Assembly (NCBI GenBank): GCA_965215605.1
Contig: OZ244070.1
Location: forward strand, 288,001 to 352,000
Direction: 5' to 3'
From: an uncultured Candidatus Binatia bacterium
GTDB lineage: Bacteria > Desulfobacterota > Binatia > UBA9968 > JAJDTQ01
Length of the DNA: 64,000 nucleotides
The position numbers were made by a program, and so were the translations under genes. Of this stretch, positions 50,134-59,798 are shown in pieces; the first letter of the stretch is position 1; every line of letters begins with the position of its first letter. The notes under the pieces are model-generated. The model was given only the letters and a program-made list of their open reading frames with translations, made no database searches and had not been told where the DNA came from.

Positions 50134-50982
50134 ATGGCCATGATGGTTTGTCCCTATGACGACGAGCGCCTACTGCTGATTCTCCAGGTGGACCACTCCC
50201 GGGTGACCGGGTGGCTGGCGGCCCATTGGGGCAACGACGAGTTCGCGCGTCCCTCGCCCTACGCAGCCATGGTGTTGGCCGCTCAGGAACATGATACCGG
50301 ATGGTGGGACTGGGAGATCAAGCCGCAACTCAACGACGAAGGGCGCCCGTCGGACTACATCGGCAGCATCAGGCACCTGGGGCTCGGCGTCTGGCTCGCG
50401 TTCTATCGGAATGGCATCACGCGGCTGGCCGAGCAGGATGCGTACGCGGGTTATATCGTCTCCCTGCACGCCGAAGCGTTGTTGAGCCAGGGGAAGGGGC
50501 TGTTGTCGTACATGCCCGACTATACGGTGCACTCGGAGGTCCGCGAGTTCCTGGCCGAGCAGGAGTCCTGCCGCGGGAAGTTGATGGAGCGACTGCGGGA
50601 ATCGCTCGTTTACCGCGACCACGTATCGGACCAACAGCTTTGGACGAACTTCAAGCTGATGGAGATCTACGACCAGATGGGCCAGTTCGTCTGCAACCGC
50701 TATCCGTTCAACGCCACCGACCGCAAGAACGGCCCCAGCCCCACGCTGAGCGGCATCGCCGCGCCGGTGAGTCCCGGCCGGGAGGATACGGTGCTGACCT
50801 TCGACATCCGGGATGAACGGAACGCCGTCGTCACCCCCTACCCTTTCGACATCGATCCGTTGCCGGTGTCGTTCCAGGCGAGGCTGGTTCCGGACCGTCG
50901 CTACGAGAGCCAGGAGGAGTTCCTGGGCGAGTACTACGGAGCCGAGCGTCTACCGGTGCGTTACACGCTGCACTCGCGCTAG
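50134..50982 (+). CDS. DUF3891-like HD-motif protein
   Basis: QVDHSRVTG.LAAHWGN, EHDTGW.DWE, YAGYIVSLH, PYPF. Confidence 0.75.
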   Translation: MAMMVCPYDDERLLLILQVDHSRVTGWLAAHWGNDEFARPSPYAAMVLAAQEHDTGWWDWEIKPQLNDEGRPSDYIGSIRHLGLGVWLAFYRNGITRLAEQDAYAGYIVSLHAEALLSQGKGLLSYMPDYTVHSEVREFLAEQESCRGKLMERLRESLVYRDHVSDQQLWTNFKLMEIYDQMGQFVCNRYPFNATDRKNGPSPTLSGIAAPVSPGREDTVLTFDIRDERNAVVTPYPFDIDPLPVSFQARLVPDRRYESQEEFLGEYYGAERLPVRYTLHSR

Positions 50983-51015
50983 TGTCGTGTCTCACAAGCT
51001 CACGACCGCGGCAAC

Positions 51016-51249
51016 TTACACGGATGGCCGGCGGGGCTTCCTCTTGCGCGGAGCCTTCTTCACGGCAGGCTTCTTCACGGCGGCCTTCTTCCCGCCCCCG
51101 CGGCGCGGAGGCGACGCCACGGGCGCCTCTCTCGAAGCCCCGGTCATGTCGATGTCAACGCCGAAGACCGCTGACAGATCCCCGGGCGCCAGCAGCGCCA
51201 GCAGCTTGTCCCGGTTGCGGGCCCCGGCGTATTCCTTGTTTCGCGTCAA
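51016..51249 (-). pseudogene. Short ORF with a basic tail, possible C-terminal remnant of a SWIM zinc-finger family gene
   Basis: DLSAVFGVD followed by a KKAAVKK-type basic tail; no N-terminal domain present. Confidence 0.35.
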
Positions 51250-51401
51250 TCACGGGCTCCTCCCCAGCCGGACACCCCGTGAACCGGCAAGGGACGTGAA
51301 CCTTGTCGTTGGTGCGCGCCCCATGGCACATTGGCGGTGGATGACACGCCGCATTGCAGCCAATGCCGAAAGATCTCTCTTGCTTCGAAGGAGACCGGAC
51401 C

Positions 51402-51743
51402 ATGTGGTATCTCGTGCTTTCCCGTTCGCTGCCAGAAAAGGAAGAGGCGAAGCAACGCAACTACGATGACCATCGAGACTGGCTGGAGGAACAGCACCGG
51501 GCGGGGCGGCTGCTCTTTTCGGGCCCGACATCGGACCGCGCCTACGGCATCTATGTCATGCTCGCGTCAAGCCTGAGCGAGGCCAAGGCCCTCGCCGCCC
51601 AGGACCCGCATCACGCCAGGGACATTCGGACCATGGAAGTCCTGGAATGGAACCCGCACCGGGCCTTTCGAATGGACGGCGCCACCATCGACGATGTCGC
51701 GGGGATGGCGACCGGGAGTGAACCTTCCCGGAGCCGGCCGTAA
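51402..51743 (+). CDS. YciI family protein
   Basis: HRDWL, GRLLFSGP, AAQDPH; AGGAG RBS. Confidence 0.85.
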   Translation: MWYLVLSRSLPEKEEAKQRNYDDHRDWLEEQHRAGRLLFSGPTSDRAYGIYVMLASSLSEAKALAAQDPHHARDIRTMEVLEWNPHRAFRMDGATIDDVAGMATGSEPSRSRP

Positions 51744-51979
51744 CGGGCCGTGACTGTTCTTCAGGCCGCGTCCAGCCGGAAGAAACGCACTGCCGTCCGA
51801 GGCGTAAATCCTTTAAAATCGGGGGCATACATCCACGCCACCAGTCTTGTACCCATGTTGACAGCCCACCAGGGACTTGCTAGGGTCGCGACCGGTCGGG
51901 GTGGTTTGCCCCCGCGGCGACAGCGACCATGCCGGTTACCCGGAACCCAGCTACTACGTGCCCGAAGAAGGGAGAAACC

Positions 51980-52930
51980 ATGATCCAGGCCAGCGATATC
52001 CACGGCGTGATGGCCATGATGCCCGCGTTTGCCACGGACGACGCCAACTCGCCGCGGGCGAAGAACACGGTCAACGTCCCGGAGCTCGAACGGAGCGTGG
52101 ACCAGGCGGTGCGGGACGGCATCGGCGTCATCACCACCACCGGCACCTTCGGCGAGTGCCACACCCTGCTGTGGGAGGAGTTCACGACTCTGGCGGACGC
52201 CACCGTGGCGACGGTGGACAAACGCATCCCCGTGGTCATCGGCTGCACCAGCCTGCACACGCGGGAGGTGCTGCTGAAAATGGACCATGCCGCCAAGGCT
52301 GGCGCCGACGCCGTGCTCGTGGGCGTGCCCTTCTACTTCAAGTCGAGCGTCGCCAACGCCGTACAATTCTACTTCGATCTGGCGGACGAGCACCCGGAGC
52401 TGGGCATCTTCATCTACCACAACCCGCGCAACCACCACATCCAGATCCCGGTGTCGGCGTTCAAGGAGCTCGTCACCAGCCCCAACATCGTGGGCATGAA
52501 GGACAGCCACCGGACGCCCATGCAATTCATGCAACTGATGGATGTCGTCCGGGGCCGGATCAGCGTCATGACCAACCAGAACCAGATGTATCCCTACATG
52601 ATGATGGGGGCCGCCGGCTGCTGGTCCATCAACGCGTGGATGGGGCCGTCACCGGTGGTCCGTGCCTATCGGGCCGGGCGCGAGGGACGTTGGGACGAGG
52701 TCAAGGAAATCTGCATGGCCATCGCGCGGGTGGGCGGACGTGATCCGAGCCTCACCGATCCCGTGGAGAGCAAGATCTCCATCAACGAGGCGGGCTACTG
52801 CTACGCCGGCCCCGGCAGGCCGCCTTTCCGGGTGACCACGGACGAGACTCGGGCGGAGGCCAGGGCCATCGCGCAAAGGTGGCGCAAGCTGTGCGAGGCC
52901 TACCCGCTGCCGGAGGAGGCCGCGGCCTGA
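51980..52930 (+). CDS. NahE/PhdJ-like hydratase-aldolase, paralog 2
   Basis: DIHGVMAMMPAFAT, TGTFGECHTLLWEE, GVPFY, YHNP, MKDSH, AGYCYAGP.RPPF. Confidence 0.8.
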   Translation: MIQASDIHGVMAMMPAFATDDANSPRAKNTVNVPELERSVDQAVRDGIGVITTTGTFGECHTLLWEEFTTLADATVATVDKRIPVVIGCTSLHTREVLLKMDHAAKAGADAVLVGVPFYFKSSVANAVQFYFDLADEHPELGIFIYHNPRNHHIQIPVSAFKELVTSPNIVGMKDSHRTPMQFMQLMDVVRGRISVMTNQNQMYPYMMMGAAGCWSINAWMGPSPVVRAYRAGREGRWDEVKEICMAIARVGGRDPSLTDPVESKISINEAGYCYAGPGRPPFRVTTDETRAEARAIAQRWRKLCEAYPLPEEAAA

Positions 52931-52994
52931 CGCGCGCAACCCATCCTCAACCCCGGACAGACCCGCGGATCGGACCGAAAGAAGGAACACGAAC

Positions 52995-54014
52995 ATGGCA
53001 AAGGTCGAACCCGATCATCAACGGAAGCGGGACGAGCTGCATGAGAAATTCGCCGCCCTCGGGCTGGTGGGCTACTGGCAGCGCCAGCGGGAACACCACA
53101 ACGTGGAGCCACGCCTGTGGCGCTGGGACGACGTCCACCCCGCGCTGATGCAGGCCGCCGACGTGATCAGCCTCGGGCCGGAGGCCTTCCGCCGGAACGT
53201 CGGCCTCGAGACCGAGAGCCGCACCATCATCATGGGCTACCAGATCGTCATGCCGGGAGAGGCCGCGCCGGCGCACCGGCACACCAACACCGCGCTGCGT
53301 TTCGTGGTCCAGGGGGGCGGCGCCTACACCACCTCCAACGGCGAGCCCATGACCATGGAGCCCGGGGACCTGCTGATCCAGCCCAACTGGGTGTGGCACG
53401 ACCACGTGAACGATTCCAGGGAACCCATCATCTGGATCGACGCCCTCGACGTCGGCGTGGTCAACTTCCTGGGCGCTTCCCGATTCCGCGAAGAGTGGTC
53501 GGAGGGCGTCCAGCAGCCGCTGACGCGGAAGTCCGGCGCGTCACGCCGCCTCTACGGCGCCATCCGGGAGCCGAAGGTACGGTTCGAGGGCGCCGGCGTG
53601 CCCTACCACTACAAGTGGAGCGAAACCCTGGAGGCCCTGAACGAGGTGGCGGAAGCGGGCGGCGGTGACCCCTACGACGGCGTGCTGCTCGAATACAAGA
53701 ACCCCGTCACCGGCGGCCACACCTTCCTGACCATGACCTGCCACATCCAGATGCTGTTGCCCGGCCAGGCCACCCTGCCCCACCGCCACACGGGTACCAC
53801 GCACTATCACGTGGTCCAGGGACAAGGCGCCACCATCGTGGACCGTGACGAGCCCATCGAGCTCGAATGGGACGTGAACGACGCTTTCACCCTGCCGCCG
53901 TGGCGCTGGCACCGGTTCCGCAACGCGTCCGAAACGGAGCCCGCGATCCTCTTCTCGGTGACCGACCGGCCGATGTTGGAGATGACCGGGCTCGACCGGG
54001 CAGAACCGGGATAG
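52995..54014 (+). CDS. Gentisate/1-hydroxy-2-naphthoate dioxygenase-like bicupin, paralog 4
   Basis: PGEAAPAHRHTNTALRF, PNWVWHDH, YKNPVTGG, HRHT. Confidence 0.9.
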   Translation: MAKVEPDHQRKRDELHEKFAALGLVGYWQRQREHHNVEPRLWRWDDVHPALMQAADVISLGPEAFRRNVGLETESRTIIMGYQIVMPGEAAPAHRHTNTALRFVVQGGGAYTTSNGEPMTMEPGDLLIQPNWVWHDHVNDSREPIIWIDALDVGVVNFLGASRFREEWSEGVQQPLTRKSGASRRLYGAIREPKVRFEGAGVPYHYKWSETLEALNEVAEAGGGDPYDGVLLEYKNPVTGGHTFLTMTCHIQMLLPGQATLPHRHTGTTHYHVVQGQGATIVDRDEPIELEWDVNDAFTLPPWRWHRFRNASETEPAILFSVTDRPMLEMTGLDRAEPG

Positions 54015-54158
54015 ACCTCAATCGACGCAACCGACGGCGGACGGCATTTCCGATTCAGAAGGCGATCCGGCTTACGCCCTCAACAGCGGCGAGATGCCGG
54101 TCGTTGCTACGTCGGGCAACTCGATTGTCGTCTTCGTGGACCCATATTCCCGCAAAAA

Positions 54159-55202
54159 TCAACCGCGCGCGGCGCTTCGCTGAAGCTCCGAGGCGGAGGC
54201 CATGATCCCGGCCACCAGCTCGAAGGACCGTAGCCGCTTGGCGTGATCGTGGATGTTCGCCGTGATCATGACCTCGTCGGCGCCGGTCCGCTCGATGAAG
54301 GCGGCGATCTCGCGTTCGACCGTGTCGGGGGCGCCGACGGCTGCGCAGGACTGGGCCTCCGCCAGCATCGCGCGCTCGCGCGGAGTTATCTGATCCTCAA
54401 AGTCGGCGGCCGGCGGCGGCAGCTCGCCCCGCATGCCGCGGCGCCGGTTGACGAAGGACTGCTGGATCGAGGTTCTGAGAAAGCGGGCCTCCTCTTCGGT
54501 ATCGGCGGCGACGACGGTCATGCCCACCATGACATAGGGCTTGTCGAGTTGCGCCGACGGTTCGAAGCGTTGGCGGTAGACGGCGATGGCCTGCATCAGG
54601 GCCGCCGGCGCGAAGTGCGAGGCAAAGGCATAAGGAAGCCCAAGGGCGGCAGCGAGCTGGGCGCCGTAGAGGCTGGAGCCCAGGATCCAGATCGGCACGT
54701 TCAGGCCGGCGCCCGGCACGGCGCGCACGAACTGGTCCGGCGCCGGTTCCTTGAAGTAATGCTGCAGCTCCAGCACGTCCTGCGGGAAGTCATCGATGTT
54801 GCCGTTCAGGGTGCGGCGCAGGGCACGCTCGGTGTGCCGGTCGGTGCCGGGCGCGCGGCCCACGCCCAGTTCGATCCGGCCTGAAAACAGCGCCGCCAGG
54901 GTACCGAACTGTTCGGCGATGACGAGCGGCGCATGGTTGGCCAGCATGACGCCGCCGGCGCCGACCCGGATGGTCGCCGTTGCCTGGGCGACCTGGCCGA
55001 TCACCACCGCCGTCGCCGCACTGGCGATGCCGGCCATGTTGTGATGCTCGGCCAGCCAATAGCGCGTATAGCCCCATGCATCGGCATGGCGCGCGAGGTC
55101 GATGGTATTGAGCAACGCCTGGCGGGCGTCGCCGCCCTCGACGATCGGCGACAGGTCAAGAACGGAGAGCGGTGTGTCTAGCATCGGAACACTATAGGCC
55201 AT
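54159..55202 (-). CDS. LLM-class (luciferase-like) flavin oxidoreductase, YhbW-like
   Basis: [42 protein letters not shown]. Confidence 0.92.
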   Translation of the reverse strand: MAYSVPMLDTPLSVLDLSPIVEGGDARQALLNTIDLARHADAWGYTRYWLAEHHNMAGIASAATAVVIGQVAQATATIRVGAGGVMLANHAPLVIAEQFGTLAALFSGRIELGVGRAPGTDRHTERALRRTLNGNIDDFPQDVLELQHYFKEPAPDQFVRAVPGAGLNVPIWILGSSLYGAQLAAALGLPYAFASHFAPAALMQAIAVYRQRFEPSAQLDKPYVMVGMTVVAADTEEEARFLRTSIQQSFVNRRRGMRGELPPPAADFEDQITPRERAMLAEAQSCAAVGAPDTVEREIAAFIERTGADEVMITANIHDHAKRLRSFELVAGIMASASELQRSAARG

Positions 55203-55215
55203 CGGCGGCGAGTTT

Positions 55216-55406
55216 TCAGTCCCGGCGCTGGCCCTTTCCGAAAGCCTCTCGGTAGGCCGCCTCGACCCGCTCCACCTCTTCGTCGCTCAGCGCGGCGAAC
55301 TCGTCCTCCCGGCGCGCGCGGGCAGGTCCATGCCGGCGTAGCGTTCCAGCGGCTCGGTGCGAAACACCAGCGGACAGAAGTCCGGAGTTCCCGGCAGGTT
55401 GTTCGC
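55216..55406 (-). pseudogene. Internally deleted Fic-family gene remnant
   Basis: NNLPGTPDFCPLVFRTEPLERYAGMDLPAR joined out of frame to [26 protein letters not shown]...stop. Confidence 0.65.
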
Positions 55407-55474
55407 AAGCGGTCCGAACGCCCCACCTTACTTTGTTGGGGGTGATGACGGATGCTGTGGCGGAGGAGGGTGCG

Positions 55475-55726
55475 TCAGCCCGACGCCTCCACGATCTCCG
55501 AATCGAGCAGCGTCTTGCAGGAGGGACAGAAGAGTTGCTCCAGGAGGAACTGGCCTTCCAGGTCCTTCATGAGCGGACCGGCCGCGGTGGGGGGCGACAG
55601 CTTCCGGTGGCTGCGCTGCTTCCAGTCGGCCTCTCCCCCGAACACGAAGCCGCACCGGGCGCACAGGACCCGCGGCGGCGCCGCATCCGGGTCCAGCTCG
55701 AGGTTCTCTCTGAACGGTCGCTTCAT
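55475..55726 (-). CDS. Acetone carboxylase gamma-subunit-like Zn-binding protein
   Basis: CARCG ... FCPSCKTLLDSE, 83 aa, downstream of hydantoinase A/B. Confidence 0.8.
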   Translation of the reverse strand: MKRPFRENLELDPDAAPPRVLCARCGFVFGGEADWKQRSHRKLSPPTAAGPLMKDLEGQFLLEQLFCPSCKTLLDSEIVEASG

Positions 55727-55745
55727 CGGACTGTCATCCTCCTCG

Positions 55746-57563
55746 CTAACGCTGCTCCCGGATCCGGGCGCGGAGCGCTTCGGTGGCGGCATCGTCCACC
55801 TGTGTTTCCGAATCGCCGAGGGCGACCCCGTAGATGTCGCGGGCCGACTCGGCCGAGACGATGCCGTTGACCACATCCCGCAGCACTGCCTCGCGGTCCC
55901 GGTCCAGCGGGTCTCCGTACCCTCCGCCGCTGGCCATGCGCATGTACAGGACGCCGCCGTCGCGCAGGTCGAAGTCGCAATACGGCAGCATCTCCGAGGT
56001 GCCTCCCATGGCCTCCACGTCCTCCGGGTGGCGGTTCTCCCGGATCGCATCCCAGATGGCGGTGTCCTCCTTCAGCACCAGCAGGCTGGGGGCGGCGGAG
56101 AGGCCGCCGAAGATCCCCTGCCCGGAGTTTCGCAACCCCGAGACTCCCAGCGCCACGCCCTTGATGCCGCCCTCCGGGGCGTCGTAAACCGTCAGCGCGG
56201 TCTCCGCCCCCGCGCCGCCCCGGAACCGGCCGGCCCCGGCTCCGTCCATCAAGTGGCGGCGGAACAGGTAGAGGATGGGGAAGTTCTGCTCCACCCACTC
56301 GACGTTCTGGCACGAATGCCAGCCGCGGCCGCCGGAGTCCACCCCGTCCTTGCCGGCGCGGGCGCCGTATCCGTCGATGGCCCCTTCGGAAAGGCTCGAC
56401 ACGTAGTACCGGCCGTACTGGTTGACGCCGGCGTGGCGGGCGAAACGATGGCCCGCGTTGGACGCCATCACCTCGTGCCGCCAGCTCTCGCTGGTGGCCA
56501 GCATCTGCATGAGCACCGCGGGGGCCAGGTAACGGCAGGTGGCCGCGCCCGAGGTGGTGTTCAGGGACACCGGGGCGGGGTACTGCGCGTTGACCACTGT
56601 CCCCGGTGGAGCCACGATCTCGATGGGGGCGAAGGCGCCGTGGTTCCGGGGGATATCGAATCCGAGGGTCTCCAGGACCGCGGCGAAGCAGGTCCCGAAG
56701 GTGGCGTGGTACGGCATGTTGATGCCGGTCCTGGCCTGGGGGTCGCTGCCGGTGAAGTCGAAGATCAGGCGATCATCCTGCTTGTTCAGGGTGAGCTGCA
56801 TCTTCCAGGTGTCGTCTCCCTGGATGAGCGCCGTGTCGCTCCAGGAACCGTCGGCGAACTCGCGGATCCGCTCTCGCAGCACCGACTCGGTGTAGCGGAT
56901 GATCTCCGCCGCCACTTGTTCCAGGAGGTCCGGACCGTACTGGCCGGCGATCTCCTGTATCCGAGCCTTGGCGATGTTGTTGGCGGCGATCTCGCACTTG
57001 AGGTCCAGCCCCACCATCACCGGCTGCCGGGTCATGTTCAGGAGGGTGTCGAAGACGTCATGGCGGAGCTTGCCGCGCTCCACCAGCTTGAGGCCCGGCA
57101 CCCGCAACCCCTCGTGACAAATTTCCGTGGCCCCGGGAGAGTTGCCGCCCGGCGACATGGCGCCGATGTCCATGACGTGGACGAAGGTGGCGCTCCAGGC
57201 GATGCGGCGGCCCTCGAAGTGGATCGGCGCGATGACGTAGACGTCGGACTGGTGGATGGCCGCCACGTAGGGATCGTTCAGCAGAAAGACGTCGTCGGGA
57301 TCGATGCCCTCGCCGTCCTCGAACCGCTCGATGATCTTCTTCACGGCGACGCCGGCGCAGGCGACGTGCTGGCCCAGGGACTCGCCCGCCGACAGCACGT
57401 CTCCGTCCGCGGTGTAGAGCGACGCCATGTAGTCGTGCTGCTGGGTGGTGTTCACCGTGCCGCCCACCCGCTCCAGGGTGATGCCCATCTCCCGGGCGAT
57501 CTGGTACAGCCGGTGCGACAGGATCTCGAGGGTGATGGGATCGATGTTGCCGGTTGCGGTCAT
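55746..57563 (-). CDS. Hydantoinase B/oxoprolinase family protein
   Basis: IDPITLEIL, LLNDPY..IHQSD, HVMDIG, HEGLRVP, FDFTGSD, GAGRFRGG, GGGYGDP. Confidence 0.92.
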   Translation of the reverse strand: MTATGNIDPITLEILSHRLYQIAREMGITLERVGGTVNTTQQHDYMASLYTADGDVLSAGESLGQHVACAGVAVKKIIERFEDGEGIDPDDVFLLNDPYVAAIHQSDVYVIAPIHFEGRRIAWSATFVHVMDIGAMSPGGNSPGATEICHEGLRVPGLKLVERGKLRHDVFDTLLNMTRQPVMVGLDLKCEIAANNIAKARIQEIAGQYGPDLLEQVAAEIIRYTESVLRERIREFADGSWSDTALIQGDDTWKMQLTLNKQDDRLIFDFTGSDPQARTGINMPYHATFGTCFAAVLETLGFDIPRNHGAFAPIEIVAPPGTVVNAQYPAPVSLNTTSGAATCRYLAPAVLMQMLATSESWRHEVMASNAGHRFARHAGVNQYGRYYVSSLSEGAIDGYGARAGKDGVDSGGRGWHSCQNVEWVEQNFPILYLFRRHLMDGAGAGRFRGGAGAETALTVYDAPEGGIKGVALGVSGLRNSGQGIFGGLSAAPSLLVLKEDTAIWDAIRENRHPEDVEAMGGTSEMLPYCDFDLRDGGVLYMRMASGGGYGDPLDRDREAVLRDVVNGIVSAESARDIYGVALGDSETQVDDAATEALRARIREQR

Positions 57564-59668
57564 GTTGCCTCCTGGCCGACGTGGATCACGATGTTCCGGA
57601 ACGCGTCCATCTCCGCCCGGTCGTTGGGGTTCACCACGATGGTGGTGACCGGCGTCTCGATGACGGCCGGGCCGGCAATGGTGGCCCCCGGCGCCAGGCG
57701 CCCGAAATCGTAGACGTCGGTGGGCACGAAGTCTCCATACTCCTCGAAGTACGCCTGCCGTGTCCCCTTCAGGGCCTCCCGCGCATCGCCCGGCGCCACG
57801 CCGCTCCTCTGCACGGACGGCCGGGCCAGCTTGCCCACGGCCGTGACCCGCAGGGACAGCATCTCCCTGCCCGCCTCCGGATAGCCGGCCCCCTGCCCGA
57901 ATGACTGTTCGTAGAGATCGTCGAAGCGGGCGTAGAGTCGCTCCAGATCGTCGTCCCCCACCGGCTCCCGCCCCGGCACCGGCACGTTGATCTCGTTGAC
58001 CTGGTAACGGTAGCGCATGTCCACGCTCCGCAGGATCTCGGTGCCGCCGTCCTGAAAACCGGCGCCGGCCAGGTCCGCCGCGGCGCGGGTGCGCAACGTC
58101 TCGAACCCGGCGTTGAGACGGACGGGGTCCAGCGGCGCCACCACGTGGTCCGACATGCCGTACTCGTAGGTCACGTCCGCGGAGATCAACCCGGTGGCCG
58201 CGTGGACGGAAGCCGTCAAGGGAACCACCACCTTGCCCACGCCGAGCTGGAGCGCGCAACGCGCCGCGTGCGCGGGCGCGGACCCGCCCATGGCCACCAT
58301 GGTGAACTCCCGGGGATCGTGCCCGCGCTCCACCGTGCAGCGGCGGATGAGGTCGCTCATGTGGGCGTTGATGATCCGGAAGATCCCGCCCGCGGCCTCC
58401 ACCACGCTCATGCCCAGGGGCCTGGCGATCCGCTCCTCGATGGCGGCCATGGCGCCTTCCTTGTTGAGGGAGAGACGGCCGCCCAGGAAGTAGTCCGGAT
58501 TCAGATACCCCAGGGCCACGTCCGCGTCGCACACCGTGGGCTCGGTGCCGCCGAGCCCGTAGGCCACCGGGCCCGGAGCGGCGCCCGCCCCCTGGGGACC
58601 GACCTTCAGCAGACCCGCCGTGGGGTCGATCCAGGCGATGCTGCCGCCGCCCGCGCCGATGGACGCCACCCAGATCTTGGGCGCCAGGATGCGGTAGCGC
58701 TCGAACACCGGCTGGTAGTCGCGCTCGATGACCCCCTGCCGGACCAAGCTCACCTTGAAGGTGGTACCGCCCATGTCCGCGGCCAGGACATTGGGCTCGC
58801 CGATCAGGTCGCCGATGAATTTGCTGCCCACCACCCCTGCCGCGGGCCCGGATTCCAGGGCTCCGATGGCCCGTTGGGAGGTCGCTTCGATGCTGAGCAT
58901 GCCGCCGTACGCCTGCATCACCAGCGGGTCGCTTCCAAGCCCCCTGTCCGCCAGGCTTTGCCGAAGGTTGCGCAGGTACGAAGCAATCCGGGGGCCGATA
59001 TAGGCGTTGAAGATGGTGGTAGCCGTGCGCTCGTACTCGCCCAGGAACGGCGCCACGTCGCTGGAGCAGCTCACATGGACCCCGGGGTACAGCCGCCGGA
59101 CGACGGCCGCCACGGCCTTCTCGTGGGCGTCGTTGGCGATGGACCACAAGAGGCACACGGCCACCGACTCGACCCCCTTGGCCACCAGCCTGCCCACCAC
59201 ATCCTCAATCTGCCGGTCATCGGCCTCGATCAGCACCGACCCCTTGTAGTCGATGCGTCCCTGCACCTCCTCGGTCAGGCTTCGCGGCGCCAACGGCTCG
59301 GGCTTCTCCAGCGCCGCAATGTGCGAGCCCTCGGCCTCCGTGAGACCGGGGGTCACATCGCCCCGCATCATCAGGAAGGTGTCCGGAAAACCGCGCGTCA
59401 CCACCAGCCCGGTACGCGCCCCGCTCCGGGTGATGAGGGTATTGTCGGCCACCGTGCAGGCGTGGAAGAAAAGGCGGGTGGAGCGCAGCAGGTCGTCCAC
59501 GGACGGAAGACCGAGATTGGCGGCCCCGTCCTGGAGGGAGTCGACGACGCCCCGGGAGAAGTCGTCCGGCGTCGACAGCGCCTTGCCGATGGTCAGCTTG
59601 CCGTTGCTGTCCAGGATGACGCAGTCGGTGAAGGTGCCGCCGATGTCGACACCGATGATGTAGTCCAT
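57560..59668 (-). CDS. Hydantoinase A/oxoprolinase family ATPase subunit
   Basis: GVDIGGTFTD, EYER, SGPAAG, DMGGTT, IGAGGGS, TVCDAD, DMRY, GPAVIE. Confidence 0.93.
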   Translation of the reverse strand: MDYIIGVDIGGTFTDCVILDSNGKLTIGKALSTPDDFSRGVVDSLQDGAANLGLPSVDDLLRSTRLFFHACTVADNTLITRSGARTGLVVTRGFPDTFLMMRGDVTPGLTEAEGSHIAALEKPEPLAPRSLTEEVQGRIDYKGSVLIEADDRQIEDVVGRLVAKGVESVAVCLLWSIANDAHEKAVAAVVRRLYPGVHVSCSSDVAPFLGEYERTATTIFNAYIGPRIASYLRNLRQSLADRGLGSDPLVMQAYGGMLSIEATSQRAIGALESGPAAGVVGSKFIGDLIGEPNVLAADMGGTTFKVSLVRQGVIERDYQPVFERYRILAPKIWVASIGAGGGSIAWIDPTAGLLKVGPQGAGAAPGPVAYGLGGTEPTVCDADVALGYLNPDYFLGGRLSLNKEGAMAAIEERIARPLGMSVVEAAGGIFRIINAHMSDLIRRCTVERGHDPREFTMVAMGGSAPAHAARCALQLGVGKVVVPLTASVHAATGLISADVTYEYGMSDHVVAPLDPVRLNAGFETLRTRAAADLAGAGFQDGGTEILRSVDMRYRYQVNEINVPVPGREPVGDDDLERLYARFDDLYEQSFGQGAGYPEAGREMLSLRVTAVGKLARPSVQRSGVAPGDAREALKGTRQAYFEEYGDFVPTDVYDFGRLAPGATIAGPAVIETPVTTIVVNPNDRAEMDAFRNIVIHVGQEAT

Positions 59669-59798
59669 ATGCCAAGTCCCGCCAGCCGAAGGGGCTATGC
59701 GTCCCGGGCAAATGGCCAGCCCTCAAAGGGTGTTCACACTTAGCTCTGTGTGTCAAGTAACCGTTTACATCCATTCAGTCACATGGCATATATTGTGT

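Noticed and set aside
54022-54114. Imperfect hairpin between the convergent cupin and LLM genes as an ncRNA
   Set aside because: The pairing is interrupted and it is adequately explained as a terminator-like structure.
55746-59156. 1136-aa ORF as a giant or fused protein
   Set aside because: Only the part from ATG 57563 is hydantoinase B. The upstream part is an off-frame shadow of hydantoinase A.
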